Shown here: positions 1 through 12,060 of the stretch, piece by piece
Layout of the letters: every line of letters begins with the position of its first letter
Numbering within the stretch: the first letter of the stretch is position 1
NCBI RefSeq assembly: GCF_001194135.2
Contig: NC_068990.1
Span: forward strand, 54,407,626-54,451,459
Length of the DNA: 43,834 bases
Source: Octopus bimaculoides
Lineage: Eukaryota
Reading direction: 5' to 3'
Position numbers and translations under genes: made by a program
Notes under the pieces: model-generated
Databases searched by the model: none
What the model saw: the letters and a program-made list of their open reading frames with translations, nothing else
What the model was told of the DNA's origin: nothing

Positions 1-36
<36 letters not shown>
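1..36. repeat. (TA)n microsatellite
   Basis: Direct reading. Confidence 0.98.
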
Positions 37-37
<1 letters not shown>

Positions 38-508
38 ACACATGTTTTTAACACATATGCTGTATGTCTTTGAGAAAATGCCACTTGCTAATGAGTTCCA
101 TCCCTTTTTGGTGATGTTTGTGGAAAACATAGTTTAATGTATTTTATATAAAATATTTTTTTTATTAGAATTGATTTTACATTGTCAAATTTTGGGATAA
201 ATTTTGTGACAATGTAAATGTTGAAGAGATTCTAGTGAATGTGTTCAATTATTGATGGTTGAAGATCTCTCTGGTTAATCTTTTCATCTTCTGTATGCTT
301 TTTCATTATCCATACAACATATTAATTGCTGACCAATGTAAACTAGTATCTCAGAATTCTTACGTATTGTTATTGGCATGTTAGGACTGGCATCAACATA
401 TCAGCAAATGAGTGTAACACATGGGGTTTTTGTATAACTAAAGACTTTACACAAGTGGAACTGGGGTTCCTTGAAGTTAAAACTATGGTGCATGACTTTT
501 GATATAAA

Positions 509-732
509 ATAATAATAATGGTTCCAAATTTTGGCACAAGGCAAATAATTTAAGGAAAGGGATAAGTTGATTACATTGACATAATTGTATAACTGGTACT
601 TATTTTATCGACCCTGAAAGGAAGAAAGGCAAAGTCGATCTCAGCAGAAATTGAACCCAGAACATAAAGACAGACAAAATGCTGCTAAGCATTTTTGCCA
701 GTGTGCTAAAGATTCTGCTAGCTTGCCACCTT
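509..732 (-). mobile_element. tRNA-derived SINE, family A
   Basis: Reverse complement of the family A consensus seen at 12839-13053 (ggcaaagtcga, ttatcgaccctgaaagg, aactggtactta); (AAT)n tail side. Confidence 0.85.
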
Positions 733-747
733 TTATATATAATAAAA

Positions 748-796
<49 letters not shown>

Positions 797-805
797 CAAC
801 AACAA
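748..805 (+). repeat. (AAT)n/(AAC)n microsatellite
   Basis: Direct reading. Confidence 0.97.
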
Positions 806-960
806 TAATTCATCTTAATTTTTGCACAAAGTCAGGGGAGGAGCAAGTCAATTACTTCGATCTCAGAATTTGATTGGCACTCATTGACCCTAAAAGGATG
901 GAAGGTAAAGTAGACATTGACAGAATTTGAACTCAAAAAGATAAAGAGCTGGAAAGATGT
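805..960 (-). mobile_element. SINE family A, degenerate copy
   Basis: ttgaccctaaaaggatggaaggtaaagtagac...agaatttgaactc, following the (AAT)n tract. Confidence 0.65.
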
Positions 961-1720
961 GCAAAAAATCATGATGGTATGCAATATATCTTTCTCTTTT
1001 TGCAAATTTAATACATGATGGCAGNNNNNNNNNNNNNNNNNNNNNNNNNNNNNNNNNNNNNNNNNNNNNNNNNNNNNNNNNNNNNNNNNNNNNNNNNNNN
1101 NNNNNNNNNNNNNNNNNNNNNNNNNNNNNNNNNNNNNNNNNNNNNNNNNNNNNNNNNNNNNNNNNNNNNNNNNNNNNNNNNNNNNNNNNNNNNNNNNNNN
1201 NNNNNNNNNNNNNNNNNNNNNNNNNNNNNNNNNNNNNNNNNNNNNNNNNNNNNNNNNNNNNNNNNNNNNNNNNNNNNNNNNNNNNNNNNNNNNNNNNNNN
1301 NNNNNNNNNNNNNNNNNNNNNNNNNNNNNNNNNNNNNNNNNNNNNNNNNNNNNNNNNNNNNNNNNNNNNNNNNNNNNNNNNNNNNNNNNNNNNNNNNNNN
1401 NNNNNNNNNNNNNNNNNNNNNNNNNNNNNNNNNNNNNNNNNNNNNNNNNNNNNNNNNNNNNNNNNNNNNNNNNNNNNNNNNNNNNNNNNNNNNNNNNNNN
1501 NNNNNNNNNNNNNNNNNNNNNNNNNNNNNNNNNNNNNNNNNNNNNNNNNNNNNNNNNNNNNNNNNNNNNNNNNNNNAAAAAAAAAACAGTTAACAACAAC
1601 AAAATTCCCCAATAGTGGGGAGTTCCACCCAGGGTCAATAAAGCACCCCACACATCCTGGTCACCCCGATTGCCAAGGGCATGCCAGGTAGGCACCCCTC
1701 TTCCCCTCAACTGCTCCAGC

Positions 1721-3140
1721 TTACAGACAAATATTCAGAGTAGACCCAGCCACACGAGCCATTCTCACATTAACCCACCTTTTAATAAACTTACTGATGT
1801 GTGTGTGTATAGGGGGGTAGTACTCCCCTCTCTTTCTTTTACAAGTGAAACTTGAAAAGGTCGATGTGGGTTTGGCCGAAGAGGAAAGTGTCTATCTTCA
1901 GTTCTTTCAGCCTTGTCCACTGCACTACCGCTTTCACTATAGCCATCAGGCAGAGGAAAACTGGCTTTCCCGCCTGACCAAAAGAAGGCAATGGAGCGAT
2001 CCTCACGATGGACTTGGCTAAGAACCGGACCCATCCTACACATCACAACAGCTGTTCAACAAAGCTCCACAAGTCAGTAATGCATGGACACTTGACGAGT
2101 GCATGCAGGACAGTCTCATCGCCCCGCACACACCTTGGACATGTCTGTCTGACAGCACTTCCGTGTCTATAGAGCTTGTCCTGAACTGGCAGAGCTCCCC
2201 CGTAGCACTGCCAGGCCAGGTATTTCTGGAAGTTATCTATAGGCCCCGTCCCGAAAGTCCTCTGGAAAAGCCCAGTTAGTTGAGCCCTCTTGACGCCCAG
2301 AGTTTCCCTGAGTATGTCATCACTCTTTCCCTCCACTAATCCCCAATAGAACTCCATCGTGGAACTTCCACTGACCGCGTTGCTGACTGGCAGAAAGCTG
2401 TGAGGGATTGTCTACACTCTAGGTGCCAAGTGCCCTTTCTTGGCTTGAGCCAGGACTGTAGCTCTGTCAATAAACTGAGCTATGGAAAGTCCTGTTTGAT
2501 GAACAGCAACCACACATGCTCACCATGAAGGAAACACTAAGAATGTCGCAGCCTCAGTGCATATCTGCACATCATTAGCCATGGCATGCCCAGTCCTTCA
2601 CTCAGTGGCTGTTTACAGCAGATGGACCATCCGACGAGCGAAACACATCCCTTCCATAGAAAGCAGAAGAGCAAATGCTCCAACTTTATCAGGCACGAAG
2701 TGGAGTAAGGGACGGTGGTCAGGCAGTAGTAGATGATGGAAATGATGTACGCATCCCCACCGCCGCCCAGCCCAACAGGGGCAGCTTCCTCTCTGCCCAT
2801 TTCTGGGTGAGATTGGCTACCCTGCTCATTAGTTCTCCCCAATTCTTGTCCACCTAGAGGTCTGCACCAAAGCAAGCCCTGAGCAATTTAACCAGTCCTT
2901 TCATCTAGCATCCTACAATGCTGTTGGTTGGCATGGACCTGCCTCTCCAGGTGCTGAGCTGCAGGCCCACTGACATCTTTTGGTTGATCTTTGCTCCTAT
3001 CACTGCTTTGTACTCCCTTAGAGCAGTGCCAACGACCTCAATTTCCGAGGTGTTCGACATTATTATGGTGATGTCATCTGTGTAAGCCGACACAAACCTT
3101 TCACATCCTAGATCACATAGTCCTCTTATAGGTGACTGAG
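1721..3140 (-). pseudogene. Tx1-like ORF2 remnant (RT C-terminal part and zinc-finger tail), copy A
   Basis: Fragments SAYTDDITIIMS, KINQKMSVGLQL, LEHLLFCFLWKG, LAWQCYGGALPVQDKLYRHG..CPRC..DETVLHALVKC, FFKFHL, spread over several frames. Confidence 0.85.
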
Positions 3141-3257
3141 CTTTCTTTTTTTTTTGGANNNNNNNNNNNNNNNNNNNNNNNNNNNNNNGGGGGGGGGGGG
3201 GGCTACATGTGGTTGTGAGTGCATTGGTGGATTTGGTTGGGGATGGTGGTGCTGTGT

Positions 3258-4751
3258 CTATGTTCGATGTGCTGGGGGATTCTGTGTTTTTGGGTGTTGG
3301 TATAGGTTTTTTTGTTTCCTTTGCCTTTTTTGTTTTTTTACTTTGTGGGGTTCTTTGTCATCTTCACTACGGGATGAGAAGTGGCTAATGTCTGTATGGT
3401 CTGTCCTGGGGAATGTGAGTGTGTCTGTGATAGTGTGAGTGTATGCTTGAGAGAGGGGTGGGGGTGCTGATTTGACAGATTCCCCAGCTGGTTTTCCCTG
3501 TTGTATGGGGTTCATATGCCTCTGTTGTTGTTGTTCTTCTTCTTGGAGGTGAGGCTGTAGTTCAATTAAACGGTCTCTGTTGTTGGGGGTGCACTGCAGG
3601 CTGCAGGTGTGGCCATGCACCTCCTGAATTTTGGGGGCAGAAGGCTCTCATGTGGCTTGTGGACCCACATTTGTCACATCTGGGCTTCCTGCCTTCCACA
3701 ATGACACACAGTTCTACCCCGTTGGGCAGCTGAACCAGGTCTGGGATCTTCTTGATATTCTCTAGTTTCACGTGGATTAATATCTCCAAGTTGATCCTGC
3801 ACCAGTTCTCCCTGCTGCTCCTTTTTACCTCCAGGAGTGCCTCTGGATCCTGCATAGCACAGGCAATGATCCACCAGACGCTTAAACCTGGTGGCACACT
3901 GTTTACCCTAATTTTTGTCATTCTCTTCGAGAAGTAGGTGAGATACAGGACCTGTTCCCCAGTCCACTGGGGTGAAACTGCATGTCTTTGCACAAGGACC
4001 TCACTTTTAAAGAAAACCTCAATGCTGGCAAATTGCCTCACTCTCTGCATGTGAGTCACATCTATTAAAATTTCACTGAGCGCCTTCTTGACATGACTAA
4101 AGGAAGCTATTTTGAATCTCTTACATTTCCATGATACACATTTAAAATACACTGTCTTTCCTTCTTTTGCCTCTATTATTTCAGAAGGTATAAGCACTGA
4201 TGCCTTACTCCCAACAACTTTGATGATGTCTTTTGCTTTTGAAAGTTCTTGAATTTTGTCCTCGAGAGGAAGTGTAAACATTTCCTTCTTTGTGTTTGCT
4301 ACATCAGTAAACCTCTTGTTTTTGTTGTTGCTGTTGTTACTGCTGCTGCTGTTGTTGGTGGTGGTGATGGTGGTGGTGTTGTGGCCACTTCCACTGTTGC
4401 CACCCTCCACACTGCTGTCACTGCCTTCAATTGTAGTATTATTTTCTCCACTAAAATCCATTGTATTCTGAATTGCATTGCTGTTGCTAATATTACTACT
4501 ACTTCTGCCACAGCTGTCTCTGCCAATACTGCTGCCATTGCTGTCTCCGCCACCGTCACTGCTGTTGCCAATGCTTTCACTGCTGCTACTATGAGGTGGA
4601 CTTTGAACTTTAGTACCCTTCTTTTTTCTCCTCCTCCTCTCCTGTAATGTTATCAGTAGCTGAGAGAAGAGGACGGAAATCTTCAGCATTCAAAAGACTT
4701 TTTTGAGGAGGGCAGCTTTTTTCTTAAATCTTCCAAAATATGTTCTGCCAT
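3258..4751 (-). pseudogene. Tx1-like ORF1 (gag-like, zinc knuckle), copy A, frameshifted
   Basis: ATG at 4751 (MAEHILEDLRKKLP...), a low-complexity Ser/Asn/Thr tract, then TKIRVNSVPP...VIVEGRKPRCDKCGSTSHMRAFCP (CX2CX4HX4C). Two frameshifts. Confidence 0.8.
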
Positions 4752-4979
4752 CTTGTTAATTTATATTGTATTAAAATGTCCACTGAATTTATTTGGGCTG
4801 AATATAGCCCTGCTAGGGGCTAAACAAATACAGGTACCCAATGCCAGGTCCATAATGTTTCTATTAATAAATTGCAACAATGTTTAAACGTAAAAACTGC
4901 AACAAATGGTTGTAAACTAAAGTTTTGAGCAAAACTTACTTTGTGCCTTCAAAAATACATCTGTTATGTTCAGCAGTAA

Positions 4980-5660
4980 ATAATAATGATGATAATAATA
5001 ATTCTTTCTACTGGAGGCACAAGGCCTTAAATTTGTGGGGAGGGGACTAGTAGATTACATCAACCTAGTACACAAGTGGTACTTAATTTATCGACCCTGA
5101 AAAGATAAAAGGCAAAGTCAACCTTGGCGGAATTTGAACTTTGAATGTACAGACAGACAAAATGCTGCAAAGCATTTTGCCTGGCATGCTAATGGTTCAT
5201 TAATATTATTAATGCCTTAATAATAATGATGATAATAATAATAATAATAATAATGATAATAATAATAACCCTTTCCCTTATAGGCACAAGGCCTGACGTT
5301 TTGGGGGAGGGGTTTAGTCAATTACATTGACTCCAGTGCATAACTGGTACTTGTTTCATAGGCCCTGAAAGAATGAAGGGCAAAGTTGACCTCAGCAGAA
5401 TTTGAACTCAGAATGTAAGGACAGATGAAATGCATTTAAGCATTTTGCCTGGTGTGCTAATGGCTCTGCCAGCTTGCCACCTTAATAAATTAAAATAATA
5501 ATAATGATAATAATAATAATAATAATAATAATCCTTTCTACTAAAGGCACAAGGCCTGAAATTTGCGGGGAGGGGACAAGTCGGTTACATTGACCCCAGT
5601 GTTTCACTGTTACTTAATTTATTGACCCTGAAAGGATGAAAGGTAAAGTCAACCTTGGTG

Positions 5661-5701
<41 letters not shown>

Positions 5702-5702
5702 T
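4980..5702 (-). mobile_element. Tandem array of three family A SINEs (~4999-5200, 5268-5483, 5531-5662) separated by (AAT)n
   Basis: Three same-orientation copies of aggcacaaggcct...actggtactt...gaccctgaaag...ggcaaagtc...gaatttgaactc. The third is 5'-truncated. Confidence 0.92.
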
Positions 5703-5995
5703 TAATGATTTCTTTTATTTACCACCAACGTGAAGGATGGGGGGACAATACAAAGACAGACATAAAGTGTGGGGATTCAAATATGATGGAATGATAAAAA
5801 AAAACAGTATATACAGTATGCACTAGTAGAAGGGAAGTATACAGAGTATACGACACTAGAAGAAGAGGGGAAAAAGTGATAGTGATGGAGCCTCCCTGAT
5901 ACAGGAGTACCTCTAGGGAAAATTGAGAAACCCTACCATCCAAGACCACTCTGAATGCCAATGAAAAGTGCCCCCTCCAACTCCTTTTTTCCAAC

Positions 5996-8900
5996 TCACA
6001 GGCCTACATTGAAAGTGGTACCATCCACTCTTACCATTTTTGTAACTTTCACTCACCTTTTCATAAACTCACTCAAGGACAGCAGCCCCCTCTTTACCCT
6101 CACTTTCCTTTTCAAGTGAAACTTGAAAAAATCGATGAGGGCTTTACCAAAGGGGAATGTTTCTGTCCTCATTCCTTTCAGCCTTGTCCACCAGACAACC
6201 TCTTTCCCCACAGCCACCAGACAAAGGAAAACTGCTTTGCCTGGCTGATTAAAGGAGGGTGGTGGGGCAACCATCATTATGGACTTGGCTGACAGATGAA
6301 TCTGTTCCATATGTGACAGCAGCTGTTTGACATAACTCCACAAGTCAGCAATGCCCGGACACTGAACAAGTGCTTGCAGAATGGTTTCATTGCTCTGTGA
6401 ACACCTTGGACAAGCCTGTCTGACAGCATATCTAAGCCTGAAGAGTTTATCTCAAACTGGTAGCACTGCCAGGCCAAAGACATCTGGAAATCATCCATAA
6501 TAGTTCCTGACTGGAAAGTCCTCTGGAATAGAATTGCCAGTTTGTCTTCGTTGACGCTTAGGGTCTCCCCGAGGACATCATCACACTTTCCCACTACTAA
6601 TCCTCTGTATATAGCTAAAGCAAAACAGCCACCAATCCTATTGCCTGTAGAGGAAAGTGAGCGCCTGACAACATTCTAAGTGCCAGATGCCCAGTCTCGG
6701 CCTATTCTTTACCCAGGACTGCAGCTCCATCAAGGAGATGAGCTGTAGAAAGGTGTGTCTCACAAATGGAGCCCAAACTTTCTAGAAATCCTTGCAGGTG
6801 GTATAACTTGAGTGTGTGTCTGCGCATCAAAAGTCATGGTATGACTAAGCTACCATGCAGAGAGGGTTGGCAGCAGACCACCTGCCAGACCATTGGAACA
6901 TGTCTCTTTCACAAGAAAATAAATAGAATACGCTTCAATCTAATTAATCAGTAACTGTGGCAAGGCATGATGGTCAGATGATAAATAATGACAGAGGCGA
7001 TGTAGGCGTTCACTACCTCTGCCCGACCTTTCATGGACAATTTCCTCTCTGACCATTTCTGGATAAGATAGACCACCCTGTTTATCATCTCTTCCCAATT
7101 CTTATCCACCTGGAGGTTGGGACCAAACCAGACCTTGAGTAGTTTAACTGGTCTGAATCCAATGACACCATTCGACTGCATCACTCTGCCTCTCCAGGTG
7201 CCCAGTCATAATCCCTCTGACTTGTTGGCATTGATTTTGGCCCCTGCAGCTGATTCATGTTCCCTTACAATAAACCTGACCGTCTCCATTTCGGAGGCAT
7301 CCAATACCATGACAGTGATGTCGTCCACATATGCCAGCACTGTCCTCCTGAGTTCAATTTCAAAGGGAGGCCTCTTAACTGTTCCAACTTCCACAGCAGT
7401 GGCTTGAGAAGTGACAGAGGTGACAGTGGGGAGCCCTGGCGGACTGAACGTGCGATACTAAATGGTTCCAATCGGTGGTCATTTACTTTAACCACCAAGC
7501 AGGTACTGCTGTGCATTGCAGCAATCCAGCCTCTGAAAATGGATCTGAAACTGGCTGCTTTAAGGACGGCTTCCAAGTAGCAGTTGTCAATCCTATCAAA
7601 AGCTTTTGATTGATCTAAATTGATCAAGGCCCCACTGAAGCCAGCTTTAGTCCAAGCCCTCTATATGATGTATCGCATAAAATGGAGGTTGTCATGGATA
7701 GAGCTGTTCAGGATTGCGCACAATTGAGCTTCTCCAACCAGACTACCAACAACAAGCACCAACCTTTTTGCTAACACCTTGACCATAATCTTAAACTCTG
7801 TGTTTAGCAGAGTTAGGGGCCAAAAATTCCCTAGCATGTCCCCATTGTTGGCATCCTTTCTCAGCAGTGTTACTACACCCCAGCTAACACCACTAGGAAT
7901 TCACCCATTTGCTGCCAGTTACTGTAGGCGTCTTTCAAGAGGCTGCCAAACAAATCTGGCATGAAAACAAAGAATTCATATGGCAGACCATCCAAATCAG
8001 GCAATTTGCGACTTGTGCAATTGCTCATCACCTCCCATATTTCAGAGGCTGTAATCAGCTTTTCACAGAATCTCGCACCTGTTACCAAGAGCCATGGTAG
8101 GTCATCCAGGCATGAAGTAAAGTCTGCTACTGTTGGCGACCCATCACCCTCCCCAAACAGCTGCGCAAAGTGCTGCTGGAATGCAACACACATCTGCTCA
8201 GAACCAAGTAGCACACATCTGTCCTGATCTCTCAAAGACTTGATCATGGTTTTGTTTCTATGTCACTTCTCTACTGTTTGGGCCCATTGGATAACTTTAG
8301 TTCCTTCGTGTTTTAATGTATGGGCTTTAGCTCTGATAACACACCCTTCATGTTTCACTTCAAAGGAATGGCCCAGGGCCATTATCATCACTAACACATC
8401 AGTCGTGGTGCCTTTACTAGTTTGCTAACTAGTTCTCTCTTAAACCTATTTCTTTCTATTGCTAAATCTTTACTAAATGCTATCAATTCTACTGTATTCG
8501 CTCTCTTCAGAGTGATCCACCTCTGGTTGTTTACAATAGACCCTGTCAACTGCAGCTTAACTACTAATTCAGTCCCTGTAGTCTTTGCAAGCCGGTAAGG
8601 GTGCATTCAACTTCCAGTAACCAGGTCCCTGTCTATGGGTCCTATCTAAATCAACTGAGCGTATCACAAATTTGGGATCTGTGTAGCCGACCAATTTTAA
8701 TTGTGACAACCCATACTATCCCCATCCTGACCCGCTGTGGTTGTTCCATGTGTGGACATGGAACAACCACAAATCCACAAATCCAGTCGGTACCTGTCAA
8801 AAAGCTGTAAAGTCCTGAGCAGGTTTTTGAGGCTTTTACACCCAATTCTGCTATGTACTAAACCCACACAGTCCTTCTGTGCATCCAAAATACTATTCCA

Positions 8901-9295
8901 GTCTCTCAAGAATGTTTCTAGATACCTGAAGAAATCTGGCCATCCAGCCCCTGTTGGAGCATAAACCACCACTTATCTAAAGACACCACCTTCACTACCA
9001 TTCATGTCCAAGACCACCACCCTACCATCCAGGTCCAGGAAGATAGACCGTACCTGAGATCTAAGGATTTCTAGAATAGCACTACTACACCGCTACCTAC
9101 TTCCTATAGACCACAAGGTGTGAATACCTCAAAGTCCTTGTAAATGGATACAAGAGCATATTTTCTGGAGATCCTTGTTTCACTAATGGCAGCCACATTC
9201 AAATCAAATGACCTGAGATCATTAAGCAACTCACCTTGCTTCCAAACTGATCCCAGGCCACACACATTCACACGCCCCATTCTCAGCACAGTCAT
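5996..9295 (-). pseudogene. Tx1-like ORF2 (apurinic-type endonuclease + reverse transcriptase), copy B, with frameshifts and stops
   Basis: EN motifs NVCGL, AISETR, VVYAP, DWNSIL. RT motifs LPDLDGLPYEF, INLDQSKAFDRID, SVRQGSPLSP, AYVDDIT, KINANKSEGL, KVWFGP. About 3.3 kb, the normal ORF2 length. Confidence 0.92.
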
Positions 9296-9329
9296 GCTAG
9301 TCGGAGAAAGAAAATGAGGAGGTTACTCG

Positions 9330-10998
9330 CTTTGATTTTTGAGAAGCCTGGAAGTTCCAAGTCTCTTTAGTGCCGAAAATCTTTTAAAAGGCCCTTCCAA
9401 CAGCCTTTTATCAATTGATTTAAAAAATCCTCACACTACATGGGAATCTTTCTGTTATAGTTTTATAAATGTCTGATGATGTTTTAATTAAAAGTCTGTC
9501 CTCAGGGGTTTTGAGGATGAAATCCTCAAGATCAATTCCCTCTGCCTCTATTTTGTTTTTGTTTTGATTTACAAAATCCATCAATTAACTGTTGCACTTG
9601 TTCACAACAGTGAAATTGATGGATACATTTCATCAACAATGGTCTTTGAAGTTCAGTAATTGGTTGTTTCTGTGTTTCTGTGATTTCATGCTGTTGTTGA
9701 TGATGTTGCTGTTTTTGAAGTTGTTGTTCTTGTTCTTGTTGTTTTTGTTGGAGTGGTTACAAATTGTGTTGCAATTGTGGTTTCAGTATATGTTTTTGTT
9801 GAGTTCATGGAGTAGGGCTATGTACTCTCCTCTTTTGCCGACCTCTATTGTCACTGTGATACATTGATTGTTCAGCTCTTCTATCTCCATGTCATTGCAG
9901 TTGATGTTGGTTTGGGAGATTGAGCATCCAGAAGTTTGCTTTTCTGTGGCAACCAGGGGTAGACTCCTTCTTTGTCTTATTTTGGGAGTAGGTGTGTGCA
10001 TGGGTGTGGGTGTATGTATAGGAGTCTTGAGTCATGATTTTGTGTTTGTGGTGTTTGTAGTGTTGGCAGGAGTGGTAGTTTAGTTTTTCTTTGTTTCAGA
10101 GCCTTTAAATGAGTTTACAAATCCACATGTGTGGCATCTTGGCTTTCTACCCTCCACTAACACTGACAAGTGAGTACCATCTGGTCAATATTGTCCTGCT
10201 TGCATTGTAAGGTCAGTTCCATACCTATACCTGACCAGTTTTGCTTAGGTAGCTTCTTGACCTCCAATATTGTCCCTTCATCTTCTTCTAAGCCTGCCAA
10301 AATGGCTGCCACTAACCAGGTAATGGATATTTCTGGCGGCACATTCAGCACCCTAATCTTAGCAAGGCGTTGGTTGCAATAACTGGGGATTAAGAAAAAG
10401 TAGACATTCCTCAAAGTGGTTGTGGAATTATGCCTGGCTTCTTCTTCCATCCCAAATCTCACCTCTATAGTTCCAAAATTCTTTCCTCAAGTGATGTGGG
10501 TCTTTTGTTCCCACACGTGCCCAAGGCATTTTGGTATTTCACTCTCAGGAGCATTTTCCACCTGGCATGATTTAACTCCAATGCTGCAGTATGTGACAGT
10601 GCATCTTAAGATATTTTCTATCATGCTGGATGGAGGGTTTAGAGTTACCCTTCTCCCATTTCTTTTTACAATTTTCCTTGCCATTTTAAAATCTCCATCT
10701 ATGCAAAGATTTTCCATATTTCTCATCACAAATGCAAAAGAAACGGAGGTGATATTCATGTTTTTATGTTTAATTTCTTTTGTATTGTTGTAGCTGTTGT
10801 TGTTGCTGTTGTCACTGTTGCTGCTATTGCTGTTGTTGTTGTCAACACCAAAAGTTTTGATGTTGCTTAGAGATGAAACATTATTCACCTCGGTGACGTC
10901 ATTAAATTTAGGCTATGCGATATTCTTGTTCTCATTTTATATTCTGACGAGGAATGTGTTCTTTTGTCGAACATTATGATAGCTTCTTTATCAGCCAT
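9330..10998 (-). pseudogene. Tx1-like ORF1, copy B, frameshifted
   Basis: MADKEAII start, an Asn/Ser tract, and AKIRVLNVPPEISITWLVAAI...VLVEGRKPRCHTCG, homologous to ORF1 of copy A. The knuckle is degraded and the 3' boundary approximate. Confidence 0.72.
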
Positions 10999-11235
10999 CT
11001 TTAACTGAATAATCAAAACAGCAAAATATAATTTTTTTCTGAAAGTTGCTAAAATTAAAAAATTATAGATGCACATCCCCTGCAAAACAGTGACCTTCTG
11101 CTCAGTCCAGACAATCTCAGTGATGCAATGGTAATAATAAAATGAAAACATGGGGACTTAGAAGGCCAAAAAGATTACAAACAATATTTTAACTTATGGA
11201 ACTCCAAATTTCCATGACTTTACAGTATGGCGGCC

Positions 11236-11237
<2 letters not shown>

Positions 11238-11296
<59 letters not shown>

Positions 11297-11301
11297 TAAT
11301 A
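11238..11301 (+). repeat. (AAT)n microsatellite between LINE copy B and the Dong/R4 fragment
   Basis: Direct reading. Confidence 0.97.
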
Positions 11302-12060
11302 AATCCCAGCAATGGTTGTGAAGCTCAGGACTCAAAGCAGAGACTGAAGGATTTTTAATTGCTGCACAAGACCAAAGCCTCCCCACCAGAAATTACCAAA
11401 AACATATAATGAAAAGAAACATAACAAGTAACTGTAGAATATGTGGAGATGGACAAGAAACAATAAATCATATTATCTCTGGCTGCCCAGTCCTGGCTAA
11501 GAAGGAATATATTCACAGACACGACAAAGCTGGGACCTATATACACTGGAAGCTATGCCAACACTATGGAATATCAACAGAAAANNNNNNNNNNNNNNNN
11601 NNNNNNNNNNNNNNNNNNNNNNNNNNNNNNNNNNNNNNNNNNNNNNNNNNNNNNNNNNNNNNNNNNNNNNNNNNNNNNNNNNNNNNNNNNNNNNNNNNNN
11701 NNNNNNNNNNNNNNNNNNNNNGTTTCCCTAAAAGAAATGGAAAAACTTTCAAAATACAAAGACCTGGAAATAGAGGTAACTCGAATGTGGAATCTAAAAA
11801 CAGAAACAATTCCTATCATAGTAGGTGCCTTAGGTATAATAAAAAAATATTCAGACAAATACATAACAAAAACACCAGCACTTACAAATATATATAACAT
11901 ACAGAAAATTGCACTACTGGGCACTACACACATCCTACGCAAAACACTTTCAATACAGTAACCATAAGAGCATCACAGCAAACCACAGTACATACCCAAG
12001 GCACACAGAGCTGCGCTCGGTAGTGAAGTGAAAGCACGTTATAAAACTAAAACTACTGAA
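11302..12060 (+). mobile_element. 5'-truncated R4/Dong-clade non-LTR retrotransposon (CCHC + restriction-like endonuclease region)
   Basis: SSGLKAETEGFLIAAQDQ...CRICGDGQETINHIISGC (CCHC), YIHRHD, EKLSKYKDL, IPIIVGALG, IQKIALLGTTHILRK. Flanked by (TAA)n on both sides; a gap covers the PD motif region. Confidence 0.88.

Larger units (their letters stand above)
1577..4900 (-). mobile_element. L1/Tx1-clade non-LTR retrotransposon, copy A (ORF1 plus 3' part of ORF2; interrupted by a gap)
   Basis: ORF1 with CCHC knuckle at 3258-4751. ORF2 remnant at 1721-3140 with YTDD, LFxFLWKG and C-terminal CPRC...ETVLHAL motifs. Colinear with copy B. Outer boundaries approximate. Confidence 0.85.
5703..11230 (-). 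mobile_element. L1/Tx1-clade non-LTR retrotransposon, copy B (near full length, decayed)
   Basis: ORF1 at ~9330-10998 and ORF2 at 5996-9295 (APE endonuclease + RT). The 3' UTR ends in AATAAA then (ATT)n on the minus strand at ~5703. The 5' end is inferred to abut (AAT)n at ~11238. Confidence 0.88.

Noticed and set aside
832-1710. ORFs spanning N runs (also at 11564-11961, 19523-19954, 21499-21785, 38439-38851, 40348-40899, 42374-42698)
   Set aside because: They appear open only because Ns contain no stop codons.
4980-5702. Regularly spaced repeats superficially like a CRISPR array or tRNA cluster
   Set aside because: The units are ~200-bp diverged SINE copies in a eukaryotic context. There are no short identical repeats with unique spacers, and no cloverleaf can be completed.
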